Shown here piece by piece: positions 1 to 8,816 of a stretch of DNA of 64,000 nucleotides (positions within the stretch are counted from its first letter, which is position 1; every line of letters starts with the position of its first letter). Both the position numbers and the translations under genes were made by a program. This DNA is from Planctomycetota bacterium (lineage in GTDB: Bacteria; Planctomycetota; UBA8742; UBA2392): assembly GCA_020638675.1 (NCBI GenBank), contig JACKID010000001.1:2051261-2115260 (forward strand), in the 5' to 3' direction. The notes beneath the pieces are model-generated. The model did no database searches, was not told the DNA's origin, and worked only from the letters and a program-made list of their open reading frames with translations.

Positions 1-7
1 CCTCGGC

Positions 8-889
8 GTGGGGTTGGGCTATGTCGGCACGTTGCTGACGCTGATCATCGTTCTGCCGCTCAGCGACAAGATCGGCGACCAGGCGACGTTCCTCGCCACG
101 GCCGGGATGTTTCTGGTGTTCGCGCTGCCGAGCTTCCTGCTCGTGAAAGAACGCCGAGTGACATCGCGCGAGCCGTTCAGCATGGGGCTGGTGAGTGAGA
201 GCTTCGCCTCGGTGCTGAAGACGTTGAAGTCGCTGCCGAAGAACCGCCCGGTGATGTGGTTCCTGCTCGGCAATTTCTTCTGCGTGGACGTGCTGAACAC
301 GGCCATCCTGTTCTTCGGTGACTTGACCAGCACCACCTTCGCGGGCTCGATCGAACGCGGTGAGGCAAGCATCTTCGGTTTCCAGATCGAGTCCACGACG
401 TCGCTGCTGATCATCGCGGGCATGACGCTGAACGGGCTGGCGCTGGTATTCGGCATCACGCTCGGCTTCCTCACCGACCGGCTCGGCTCGTTGCGAATGC
501 TCCGATTCAGCGCGCTGTGCCTCGTGGTTGGTTTGATCGGCGCGGCGCTCGCCGCCGGGCAGACGGTGCTCGGCTACCTGATTGGCATCTGCGGCTTCGG
601 GGGGCTGGGGCTCAGCGGCATCTGGACGGCCGGGCGGAAGCTGCTGATTGAGCTGAGCCCGCGCGAAAAGGTGGGCGAGTACTTCGGGCTGTACGGCATC
701 ACCACCAAGTTGAGTGTGATCGGCAGCGCGGTCGTGGGCATCCTGCAGGACGTTATTTCAAGACAGACCGGCAGCGATCTGACCGGCTGGCGCATCGCGA
801 TCGGCGCACAGGCCGCACCTTTGCTGCTGGGCATCCTGTTCCTGGCACTGGTGAAAAGGCCTACCGGCACCGCTACTGCCACGTCTTAA
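8..889 (+). CDS. Membrane transporter, C-terminal part (MFS-like); probably continues upstream of the window
   Basis: ORF 8..889 is hydrophobic throughout with multiple predicted TM helices (LLTLIIVLPL, FLVFALPSFLLV, LLIIAGMTLNGLALVFGITLGFL). The ORF track begins it at the first Met after the window edge, so it may be truncated. Confidence 0.5.
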   Translation: MGLGYVGTLLTLIIVLPLSDKIGDQATFLATAGMFLVFALPSFLLVKERRVTSREPFSMGLVSESFASVLKTLKSLPKNRPVMWFLLGNFFCVDVLNTAILFFGDLTSTTFAGSIERGEASIFGFQIESTTSLLIIAGMTLNGLALVFGITLGFLTDRLGSLRMLRFSALCLVVGLIGAALAAGQTVLGYLIGICGFGGLGLSGIWTAGRKLLIELSPREKVGEYFGLYGITTKLSVIGSAVVGILQDVISRQTGSDLTGWRIAIGAQAAPLLLGILFLALVKRPTGTATATS

Positions 890-955
890 CGATTTGCCCA
901 CACGGTTGCGGCGCAGGGCCTCCCGCCTACACTGCCCGCAACTCAGGAGAGAGCC

Positions 956-1888
956 ATGCGTGCAACCCGTGATGCCTTTGGAGTCGCCCTGCTGGAGCTG
1001 GGCCGCGAGAACCCGAACGTCGTCGCGCTGACGGCCGACCTCGGCGGCAGCGTCAAGACCGGCGCGTTTGCCAAGGAGTTCCCGGACCGTTTCTTCCAGA
1101 TGGGCGTGGCCGAGGCCAACATGGTCGACGTCGCCGCGGGCATGAGCACGGCCGGCAAGATCCCCTTCGCTACCACCTTTGCGATGTTCGGCACCGGTCG
1201 CGCGTGGGAAAGCGTGCGCAACACCATCGGCTACCCAGCGCTGAACGTGAAGATCGCCTGCACCCACAGCGGCCTCGGCGTGGGCGAAGACGGTGCGAGC
1301 CACCAGTCGCTGGAAGACATCGCGTTGATGCGCGTGATCCCGAACGTGACGGTCTGCGTGGCGGCTGACTACGCTTCGGCCTATGGATTGACCAAGGCCG
1401 TTGCAGCGCACAAAGGCCCCGTGTACCTGCGCCTCGGCCGCCCGAAGGTTGTGGACGTCTACAAGGACGGCGAGAAGTTCGAGATCGGCAAAGCCAAGAT
1501 CATCCGCGAGGGTAACGACGTCGCGATCATCGCCTGCGGCCCGCAGGTCGGCTTCGCGGTCGAAGCGGCCGACGAGTTGAAGAAGGCAGGCATCAACGCG
1601 ACCGTCGCCGACTTTCACACGATCAAGCCGCTCGATGAGGAAACGCTGGTGGCACTGGCGAAGAAGTGCGGCGCGGTGATCACGGCCGAGGACCACAACG
1701 TGCTCGGCGGGCTCGGCGGCGCGGTCGCTGAAACACTCGCACGCACGCACCCAACCCCGATCCGCTTCATCGGCACCCAGGACACCTTCGGCGAAAGCGG
1801 CGACCCGGACGCCCTCTGGCGCAAATACGGCGTCCACGTCGCCGACATCGTCAAAGCAGCCAAAGAAGCGATCGCTGCGAAGGCATGA
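956..1888 (+). CDS. tktB: Transketolase, C-terminal subunit (split transketolase TktB-type)
   Basis: 310 aa; strong similarity to the transketolase pyrimidine-binding and C-terminal domains (FFQMGVAEANMVDVAAGMS, HSGLGVGEDGASHQSLEDIALMR, YLRLGRP). No N-terminal TPP-binding subunit gene lies adjacent. Confidence 0.85.
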   Translation: MRATRDAFGVALLELGRENPNVVALTADLGGSVKTGAFAKEFPDRFFQMGVAEANMVDVAAGMSTAGKIPFATTFAMFGTGRAWESVRNTIGYPALNVKIACTHSGLGVGEDGASHQSLEDIALMRVIPNVTVCVAADYASAYGLTKAVAAHKGPVYLRLGRPKVVDVYKDGEKFEIGKAKIIREGNDVAIIACGPQVGFAVEAADELKKAGINATVADFHTIKPLDEETLVALAKKCGAVITAEDHNVLGGLGGAVAETLARTHPTPIRFIGTQDTFGESGDPDALWRKYGVHVADIVKAAKEAIAAKA

Positions 1889-1911
1889 ACAACTCATTTC
1901 CGCAGAACTAG

Positions 1912-1943
1912 AGCCCCGGATGGAAATCCGGGGCTTTCTCTTC
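1912..1943 (+). terminator. Rho-independent terminator after tktB
   Basis: Hairpin agccccggatggaaatccggggct followed by ttctcttc immediately after the tktB stop. Confidence 0.6.
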
Positions 1944-2000
1944 GACACCGGCAAACATTTCGGTCTAGTCTTGATTGCCTGAACCGAACCGGAGATTGCC

Positions 2001-3071
2001 ATGCTGCGTCGGATGAAGATAATGGCGCTGGCCGTCGCCAGCCTGATCACAATCGGTGTGCTGACCCCATCACACGAAACCAGCCAGAACGCGCCCGCGA
2101 AAGAAAGCGGCGATCCGCTCCCGAAAGCTCCAGTGCGAAACTGGGGAGACTGGTGGCCGGAGACCCAGTTCGGCGAAGACGACTCGGTTACTACAGATCA
2201 GATTCGCGCCGGCGACCGCACCTTTGAGCGAGTGGTGTACGGGGCCATAAGTACTCCATGGAACGGCTGCCTTGCCAATTTCTCCCACTCAGAGGCCGGT
2301 GACGGTTTGCGTTTCGACCTCTTGTGGAGCCGCCCGGGTGACTTCGCCTCCAAAGAGGAGAAGGACGCCTTCAAATCGCCCAAACAGGGCGACATCAGAG
2401 CTGCCATCGTGAGGGGAGACAAGGTCATCGCTGAGCCAACTAACGGCGAACCAGCGATTTCCGCATGGGCAGGCGGCAGTCTCGGAATGACGGGCGACAT
2501 GATGATCTTCTTCGATTGGCTGCCCGCAGACTTTGAAGACTATTGGATTCGGGTCGACATGCTGAAGGAGAGGCACTGGTTCCTGATCCCTTATGGGCTC
2601 GGATCCAACCCAAAGGAGAACGCGGGCCTAGAACTCGTCGAACGAGGCGGCCCTGAACAACCGCAGGCTGCGCAGAAGGCCGACCGTCTCCATCTTTGGA
2701 ACAGTGTTGGGTATGAACTCGGCTGGGTGAAGGAGGAGGGCTGGCATGTCTCGGCTTCGGTTTCCAACCCCTTCGACACAGAAATCCGGATTCACGTGTA
2801 CGAAGACGGCGCGCGTTGGGAACTCAGCTACCCGCGAACTTCGGCCGTCTATAACTGGCCGGCTGGTTATTCACGATTCTGTTCGTGGACGTCAATCTCG
2901 CGCGCAGATTCCATCGACTACTCGCGCACAGACACGTTCAAGTTCTGGCGAACGCCGTTTGATACTCGCAACTGGGGCCTCCTGCGGGTGACTGTGGAAG
3001 ACCACGCATTCGACAAGGTCGTACCCAGTAGTCTGTTCAACTACACACACAATTGGCTAGAGAAGAAGTAG
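2001..3071 (+). CDS. Secreted hypothetical protein (signal peptide, Trp-rich)
   Basis: 356 aa; N-terminal signal peptide MKIMALAVASLITIGVL; no recognisable domain; many W, D and E residues. Wedged between tktB and the convergent gpsA. Confidence 0.55.
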   Translation: MLRRMKIMALAVASLITIGVLTPSHETSQNAPAKESGDPLPKAPVRNWGDWWPETQFGEDDSVTTDQIRAGDRTFERVVYGAISTPWNGCLANFSHSEAGDGLRFDLLWSRPGDFASKEEKDAFKSPKQGDIRAAIVRGDKVIAEPTNGEPAISAWAGGSLGMTGDMMIFFDWLPADFEDYWIRVDMLKERHWFLIPYGLGSNPKENAGLELVERGGPEQPQAAQKADRLHLWNSVGYELGWVKEEGWHVSASVSNPFDTEIRIHVYEDGARWELSYPRTSAVYNWPAGYSRFCSWTSISRADSIDYSRTDTFKFWRTPFDTRNWGLLRVTVEDHAFDKVVPSSLFNYTHNWLEKK

Positions 3072-3077
3072 TGCCGG

Positions 3078-4061
3078 TTACTCCGCCTTGATGGATCGGG
3101 TCATCAGGCGGGTAACGGCTGTGCGTGGGTCGGCGTGGTCGTATATGACGTTGCAGACTTCTTCGCAGATGGGCATCTCTACACCCTTCTGGCGGGCGAG
3201 TTCGCGCAGGGCCTTGGCCGTGTTGTAGCCTTCCACCACCATTTCCATTGACGCGATGATCGCTTCAGGCTTCTCGCCGCCGCCGATGCGTCGCCCGAAG
3301 TTCAGGTTGCGCCCGTGGCTTGATGCACAGGTCGTGTACAAGTCGCCGATGCCGCTGAGCCCGCTAAACGTCCGCTCTTCAGCGCCGATTGCAACGCCGA
3401 GCCGGACGATCTCGGCCAAACCGCGCGCGATCAACGCCGCCTTGGCGTTGTCGCCCAGCTTGAGCCCGTCCACGATGCCCGCCGCGATAGCGACTACATT
3501 CTTCGCAGCGCCGGAAAGCTCCACACCCGCAAGGTCGGTGCTGTAGTAGACGCGGAAGGTGGGGGTGCTCACCAGCTCCGCCAATGCCTGCGCGCGCGTC
3601 TCATCGCCCGCGCTGACAACCACGGCGGGCATTCCGCGCGCGACTTCCTCGGCGTGGCTCGGCCCCGACAGGCACAACAGGTGCTTCGAGCTGGTGACCT
3701 CGCCCAGGATCTGCGTTGGAAACTTGACCGTCTCCTGCTCAATCCCCTTGCTCAGGCTGACGATCGGAAGTTCAGGCGGCAGGCGGTCAGCCAGTTGCGT
3801 GAACTCGCTGCGAATGAAACGGGTCGGCACGGCGCTGATGCACCAGTCGAAGCGCTCGAGGCCGTCCAACTCGTTGGTTGCCTCGAGGCCTTCCGGGAAG
3901 GAGATATCCGGCAGGAAGATGCGGTTCACGCGTGTCTTCGCCAGTTCGGCCGCGTAATCCGGCAGGCGCTCATACAACGTCACGCGGTTGCCCGCACCCG
4001 CGAGCAGCACGCCGAACGCGGTCCCCCAACTGCCTGCACCGATGATCAGCACTTCAGCCAT
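3078..4061 (-). CDS. gpsA: NAD(P)H-dependent glycerol-3-phosphate dehydrogenase
   Basis: 327 aa; GAGSWGTA Rossmann motif and the conserved GpsA core (LSGPSHAEEV, NVVAIAAG, GRNLNFGRRIG). Confidence 0.9.
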   Translation of the reverse strand: MAEVLIIGAGSWGTAFGVLLAGAGNRVTLYERLPDYAAELAKTRVNRIFLPDISFPEGLEATNELDGLERFDWCISAVPTRFIRSEFTQLADRLPPELPIVSLSKGIEQETVKFPTQILGEVTSSKHLLCLSGPSHAEEVARGMPAVVVSAGDETRAQALAELVSTPTFRVYYSTDLAGVELSGAAKNVVAIAAGIVDGLKLGDNAKAALIARGLAEIVRLGVAIGAEERTFSGLSGIGDLYTTCASSHGRNLNFGRRIGGGEKPEAIIASMEMVVEGYNTAKALRELARQKGVEMPICEEVCNVIYDHADPRTAVTRLMTRSIKAE

Positions 4062-4719
4062 TGCTTGCCTCAGGCGTTTTGCGGCCGATACGCGGCTCGC
4101 TGCCGTTCATGATTCTACGGATGTTTGAGCGATGTTTGACCAGCACGGCGAGCGACATCACGCAGATCAGTATAAAGCGTCGGTCGTATGGCTCGGTGAA
4201 TGTCTGCGCGCCCAGCCAGGCATAGTAGAAGGCCGGCATGCTAAGCCCGGCCACAATGCTCGAGATGCTCACCATGCGAGTCACCAGCAGCGTCAGCCCG
4301 AACGCGCCGAGCGCACAAAGGGCAGGCAGCGGTACATGAATCTCGGGCAACGTTGTCACGACCAATACTACGCCGAGCCCGGTCGCCACGCCCTTGCCGC
4401 CTTTGAACTTGAGATAGATCGAGTACAGGTGGCCCATCAGGGCGCCGATCGCCGCGAACAGCACGAGGTCCGTGCCGGCGCGCGGCGCAAGCCAGAGTCC
4501 AAGCAGGCAGGGGCCGGCGCCCTTGAGTGCGTCAAGCAACAGCACGACGGGAAACCACTTCCAGCCGATGACCCGCGCCGCGTTGGTCGCGCCGATGTTG
4601 CGGCTGCCGTGCTGGCGAATGTCCACGCCCTTCAGCAGGTAGCCCGCAAGCAGCCCGTACGGAATGCTGCCCACCATGTAGGAGACGAGCAGCGTTCCGA
4701 TGATCCAGGCCCAGGTCAT
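4054..4719 (-). CDS. plsY: Glycerol-3-phosphate acyltransferase PlsY
   Basis: 221 aa membrane protein with PlsY motifs (GSIPYG, SRNIGATNAAR, FKGGKGVATG). Overlaps the gpsA start by 8 nt (classic plsY-gpsA arrangement). Confidence 0.9.
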   Translation of the reverse strand: MTWAWIIGTLLVSYMVGSIPYGLLAGYLLKGVDIRQHGSRNIGATNAARVIGWKWFPVVLLLDALKGAGPCLLGLWLAPRAGTDLVLFAAIGALMGHLYSIYLKFKGGKGVATGLGVVLVVTTLPEIHVPLPALCALGAFGLTLLVTRMVSISSIVAGLSMPAFYYAWLGAQTFTEPYDRRFILICVMSLAVLVKHRSNIRRIMNGSEPRIGRKTPEASNG

Positions 4720-6557
4720 GCCTTCGCCGGGGTGAGTGTGCGCGCGTAGCGGGTCAGCTCGCTGATCATTTCGTAGCGGTTCATCGGCGTGATCATGTAG
4801 AAGCCCTGCACCTCGGGCGCGATCTCTTGCATCAACTCTTTGCTGATCTTTACGCCTTCCGCACGCCCGCTTTCGCCGCGCTTGCCTTTCATGCGCTCGC
4901 GAATGTCCTCGGGCACGTCGATGCCGGGAACCTCGTGGTGAAGGAAATCGGCGTTGCGTTCACTGACCAGTGGCATGATGCCAAGAATCAACGGAACGCC
5001 GAGCGGCCTCGCGGACTCGGTCACGCGTCGGGCCGTGGCGATATCAAACACCGGCTGCGTCATGATGAACCTGGCGCCCGCCTGCACCTTCCGCTGAAAG
5101 CGTTTGACCTCGTTCTCCAGCCGCAATGACGCACAGTTGAACGCGCCGCCGACGAAGAAGTTGGTGGGGGAATTGCCGTCACGCCCCGTCGCGAATTCGC
5201 CCTTGTTGAAGCGCGAGATCATCTCGATCAGCTTGTGGCTGGCCATGTCGAACACGCCGCTGCTGCCCTTGTAGGCCTGCGTGGCGACCGGGTCGCCGGT
5301 CACGGCGAGGATGTTGGTAATGCCCATCGCGTAAGCACCCAGCAGGTGCGACTGGGTGCCGATCAGGCTGCGGTCACGGCAAGCGATGTGAAGCACGATG
5401 CGCGCATCGACCTGCTGCATGAGCAGCCCGGCAAACGCGAGGTTGCTCATGCGCATGATGCTGAGCGCGTTGTCTGCAATGGTGATGGCGTCGGCGCCGG
5501 CCTTCACGACTTCGGCGGCGCCTTTCAGTTCGCCCGTTGCATCGAATCCGCGCGGAGGGTCCACTTCGGCAATCACGATCCTGCGGGTCTTCAGATCCCC
5601 TTCGAGCGTCGGCTGCAATTTCAGAGGCTCGGAGGGCTTGGCCTTCTGTGCGGGCTCAGCGGCTACGCGCAGGTGACGCATCGACGGCTTGCGCGCGCTG
5701 ACCTGGCCCTTGAGTTTGCGGATGTCCTCAGGCGTCGTGCCGCAGCAGCCGCCGATCAGGTTGGCGCCAAGGTCGGCCAGGCGACGCGCGCTGCGGGCGA
5801 AGTAGTCGCTGCTTTCGATGTAGATCGGCCGTCCGTGATCGTCGAAATCCGCAAGACCGCGGTTGGGGTAGATGCTGATCGGCTTCTCCGTCAGCTCGAC
5901 CAGACGCTTGCAGACTTCAATGGCCGCGCTCTCGCCGCCGCCGCAGTTGGCGCCGATGACGTCGACCGGCTGCCTGTCCAGCTCGCGGACCATGCGCTCG
6001 GGTGAAATGCCCGTGGTGGTCGTGCCTGCAAGTGTGAACGCCATCTGCGCGATCAGCGGCGTCCCGGGGGCGACGGCGCGCACAGCCGCAATGGCAAACA
6101 GCAGCTCGGAGAGGTCGGGAAAGGTCTCCAGCAGGAGGGCGTCGACGCCGCCCTCAACCAGTCCCGTGACTTCTTCCTTGAAGCACTCGCGGCGCTCGTC
6201 GTCGGTGAGCTTGTTACTGGAGCGGAACAGCGGGCCGATAGCTCCCACGACATAGGCGCGGTCGCCGGCAACCTGCCTGGCCAGCTCCGCGCCGGCCTTG
6301 CAGACGTCATGGCTTGTGACATTGGCTTCGGCCGCTGCGAGTGCCATGCGGTCGGCGCCGAAAGTGTTGGTCTCGATTACGTCTGAACCTGCGTCGAGGT
6401 ATTCCTGGTGCGCGGCAATCACGAAGTTCGGCTTGGCGAGGTTCAGCACTGGCCCGATGCCGCCGCCCGCCACGAGCCCGCGACTTGCCAGCAAGGTGCC
6501 GTACGCCCCGTCACCAACGAGGACCTTCTTCCTGAGTGCTTCGAGAAACGGCTCCAT
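4716..6557 (-). CDS. Bifunctional homocysteine S-methyltransferase domain / 5,10-methylenetetrahydrofolate reductase (YitJ-like MetH-N/MetF fusion)
   Basis: 613 aa. The N-terminal half has Hcy-binding (S-methyltransferase) motifs including the zinc-ligand cysteines (ANCGG, GGCCGTT). The C-terminal half is MetF-like (MTHFR). Confidence 0.8.
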   Translation of the reverse strand: MEPFLEALRKKVLVGDGAYGTLLASRGLVAGGGIGPVLNLAKPNFVIAAHQEYLDAGSDVIETNTFGADRMALAAAEANVTSHDVCKAGAELARQVAGDRAYVVGAIGPLFRSSNKLTDDERRECFKEEVTGLVEGGVDALLLETFPDLSELLFAIAAVRAVAPGTPLIAQMAFTLAGTTTTGISPERMVRELDRQPVDVIGANCGGGESAAIEVCKRLVELTEKPISIYPNRGLADFDDHGRPIYIESSDYFARSARRLADLGANLIGGCCGTTPEDIRKLKGQVSARKPSMRHLRVAAEPAQKAKPSEPLKLQPTLEGDLKTRRIVIAEVDPPRGFDATGELKGAAEVVKAGADAITIADNALSIMRMSNLAFAGLLMQQVDARIVLHIACRDRSLIGTQSHLLGAYAMGITNILAVTGDPVATQAYKGSSGVFDMASHKLIEMISRFNKGEFATGRDGNSPTNFFVGGAFNCASLRLENEVKRFQRKVQAGARFIMTQPVFDIATARRVTESARPLGVPLILGIMPLVSERNADFLHHEVPGIDVPEDIRERMKGKRGESGRAEGVKISKELMQEIAPEVQGFYMITPMNRYEMISELTRYARTLTPAKA

Positions 6558-6597
6558 GCGGACTCCGGCGAACGTTGCGCGAGTATATGAGCGCGCG

Positions 6598-7740
6598 TCA
6601 AGCTTCCAAGCGCACGTAGCGCTTGCCGGGCAGGGCCTTGGCGAGGCGCTTCATTTCGAGGGTGAGCAGGCCGCTGCTGATCTGCGCGGCGGGCAGGCTG
6701 GTTTTGCCCATCAGCTCATCGACGGTCAGGCCGTCGCTGGGCATCAGCACTTTCCACAACGCGGCCTCAGTGGGGGACATGCCTTGTGGCGTGGCGCTTG
6801 CCCGCTTCTCCGGCGCCTTTTCCTCGGGCAGCAACTTGAGCATCTCGAGGCCTTCGTAAACGTGCTCCGGCTCAGCGACGAGGTGCGCGCCTTCGCGGAT
6901 CAGGTCGTGGGGGCCCTGGCTGAGGTCGCTGTCGACTTTGCCCGGCAGTGCGAAGACCTCGCGGCCTTGCTCGGCGGCGAGGCGCGCGGTGATCAATGAG
7001 CCGGACTTGCGCGTGGCCTCGACCACGAGAACGCCGAGGCTAAGCCCGGAGATGATCCGGTTGCGCTGCGGGAAGTTGCGCGCGCGCCCGGGCGTGTGCA
7101 GGGGGAACTCGCTTACGACCGCGCCATTCTCGGCAATCTCCAGCGCGAAGCGGTCGTTCTCGGGCGGATAGATGTCCAACAGTCCGCTTCCCACCACGGC
7201 GATTGTTCGGCCGCCGGCATCCAGCGCGGCGCGATGCGCGGCTGTGTCGATCCCCCGAGCCAGGCCGCTCACGACGGTGACCCGGCGAATGGCAAAGTCG
7301 CGGGCGAAGCGCGCGGCCTGCGCGGTGCCGTAATAGCTGGCGCTGCGGCCACCGACGATGGCGAGCGACAGGTCGTCGTGTGAAGTGATTTCGCCACGGA
7401 CGTAGAGCAGCGGCGGCGGGTCATCGATGCGCTTGAGGATCTGCGGGTATGCCTTGTCCTCGAGCTCAAGCAGCTTGACTCCGTGCTTCTCGCACTCTTC
7501 CAGCTCGCGGAGGTGGTCGCCCTTGCGGATGACCTCCGCCAGCGCCTCCGCCCCTTGCTTGTTTACCTTCGGGACCTTGTTGAGTTCGCTCTTTGGGGCC
7601 GCGACGATGCCGCTCGCGCTGCCGAATCGCTTCAGCAGGTTCGCGACACCCAGCGGCGTGAACTTCTGCGCCACCGCCAGCGCGACTTTCGCCTCGATCT
7701 CACGCATGTGACCGGCCCAGCAGGGTTGCCGCGAGTGCAT
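6598..7740 (-). CDS. dprA: DNA processing protein DprA (Smf)
   Basis: 380 aa; DprA Rossmann-like core (LAIVGGRSASYYG, VVSGLARGIDTAAHRAAL, TIAVVGSGLDIYPPEN, FPQRNRIISGLS) plus a C-terminal winged-helix-like tail. Start uncertain (Met1 or Met12). Confidence 0.85.
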   Translation of the reverse strand: MHSRQPCWAGHMREIEAKVALAVAQKFTPLGVANLLKRFGSASGIVAAPKSELNKVPKVNKQGAEALAEVIRKGDHLRELEECEKHGVKLLELEDKAYPQILKRIDDPPPLLYVRGEITSHDDLSLAIVGGRSASYYGTAQAARFARDFAIRRVTVVSGLARGIDTAAHRAALDAGGRTIAVVGSGLLDIYPPENDRFALEIAENGAVVSEFPLHTPGRARNFPQRNRIISGLSLGVLVVEATRKSGSLITARLAAEQGREVFALPGKVDSDLSQGPHDLIREGAHLVAEPEHVYEGLEMLKLLPEEKAPEKRASATPQGMSPTEAALWKVLMPSDGLTVDELMGKTSLPAAQISSGLLTLEMKRLAKALPGKRYVRLEA

Positions 7741-8785
7741 CGTCCAGCCTGCAGGGAAGGGCCCCAGCTTCGCCCAACTCTGAAAGCACTACGAATCGCA
7801 GCACGTGGCCGGTGCGCTTCTTGTCGGCCTCCATGATCTCCAGCGCGCGCGCCGCTTCCAGGTTCTCCGGGACAACGGTCGAGAGCCCGAAGCGTCCGAA
7901 CAAGGCAACCACCCGAGTGGCGACTTCCGGGTCCAGCTTCGCACGCTCAACCGACAGGCGCAAAGCCGCGGCGGTGCCGATGGCAACAGCTTCGCCATGC
8001 AGATAGCGCTCGGGAAAGGCAGTCTCGATCACGTGGGCAAGCGTGTGCCCGAGATTGAGTGTCGCGCGGCGCCCGGTGACTTCCACCTCGTCCTCCGCGA
8101 CGACCTGCGCCTTGAAACGAACGCAAGCCTCGATGACCCGTTGCAGTGAATCCACCTCGCGGGCCGCCAGCTTGTCCGCCGACGCTTCGAGCAACGACAT
8201 CAACTCGTCGCCGCTGAGGGCGGCTGTCTTGATGATCTCTGCGATGGCGCTGACATACTCGCGCTCGGGCAGCGTCTTCAAGAAGTGAAGATCGCAAAAG
8301 ACGGCCGCGGGCTGGTGGAACGCGCCGATCAGGTTCTTGCCCGCCGCGTGGTTGATCGCGGTCTTGCCGCCTACGCTTGAATCGACCATCGCCAGCAGGC
8401 TCGTCGGCACCTGCACGTACCGAATTCCGCGCAGCAGCGTGGCCGCGAGATAGCCCGCGAGGTCGCCAACCATCCCGCCGCCCAGCGCAAACACGAGCGA
8501 GTGTCGATCCACCTGGCGCGCGGCGAACACTTCATCGTAAAGTCGCGCGAGTTGTTCAATGCCCTTGCTGTTCTCACCGGCAGGCACGGTGAAGACTTCG
8601 TTCGCCACCACTGCGTTCTGTACTACGTCGGCGTGAAGCGGCCCCACGTTGGTGTCCGTGACAATGAAGCTGCTCGTCGGCTTCTCGGCTTCTGCGAATT
8701 CACGCATTTCGCCAAGCAGCCGCTCGCCGATCACGACGTCGTAGCTGCGCTCGCCAAGGGAAACTGGTACGCGGGTAACTTCCAT
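7700..8785 (-). CDS. aroB: 3-dehydroquinate synthase
   Basis: 361 aa; AroB motifs (GGGMVGDLAGYLAATLLRG, VQVPTSLLAMVDSSVGGKT, NLGHTLAH). Confidence 0.9.
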   Translation of the reverse strand: MEVTRVPVSLGERSYDVVIGERLLGEMREFAEAEKPTSSFIVTDTNVGPLHADVVQNAVVANEVFTVPAGENSKGIEQLARLYDEVFAARQVDRHSLVFALGGGMVGDLAGYLAATLLRGIRYVQVPTSLLAMVDSSVGGKTAINHAAGKNLIGAFHQPAAVFCDLHFLKTLPEREYVSAIAEIIKTAALSGDELMSLLEASADKLAAREVDSLQRVIEACVRFKAQVVAEDEVEVTGRRATLNLGHTLAHVIETAFPERYLHGEAVAIGTAAALRLSVERAKLDPEVATRVVALFGRFGLSTVVPENLEAARALEIMEADKKRTGHVLRFVVLSELGEAGALPCRLDDALAATLLGRSHA

Positions 8786-8816
8786 TGCCTGAGCCTAACA
8801 CGCGGCGTGCAAACGA

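Noticed and set aside
758-2050. 430-aa minus-strand ORF antisense to tktB
   Set aside because: Shadow ORF typical of high-GC DNA: Arg/Ala/Gly-rich, no motifs, and it fully overlaps a well-supported transketolase subunit gene on the other strand.
5235-6005. 256-aa + ORF (and others, 5398-5676, 5872-6255, 6298-6999) inside the metH/metF fusion gene
   Set aside because: Antisense or off-frame shadow ORFs within a strongly supported gene; low-complexity R/A/G-rich translations.
7700-7740. 41-nt overlap between dprA start and aroB end
   Set aside because: Probably a start-codon choice issue. If dprA starts at Met12 (MREIEAKV) the overlap shrinks to 8 nt, so it is not treated as biologically special.
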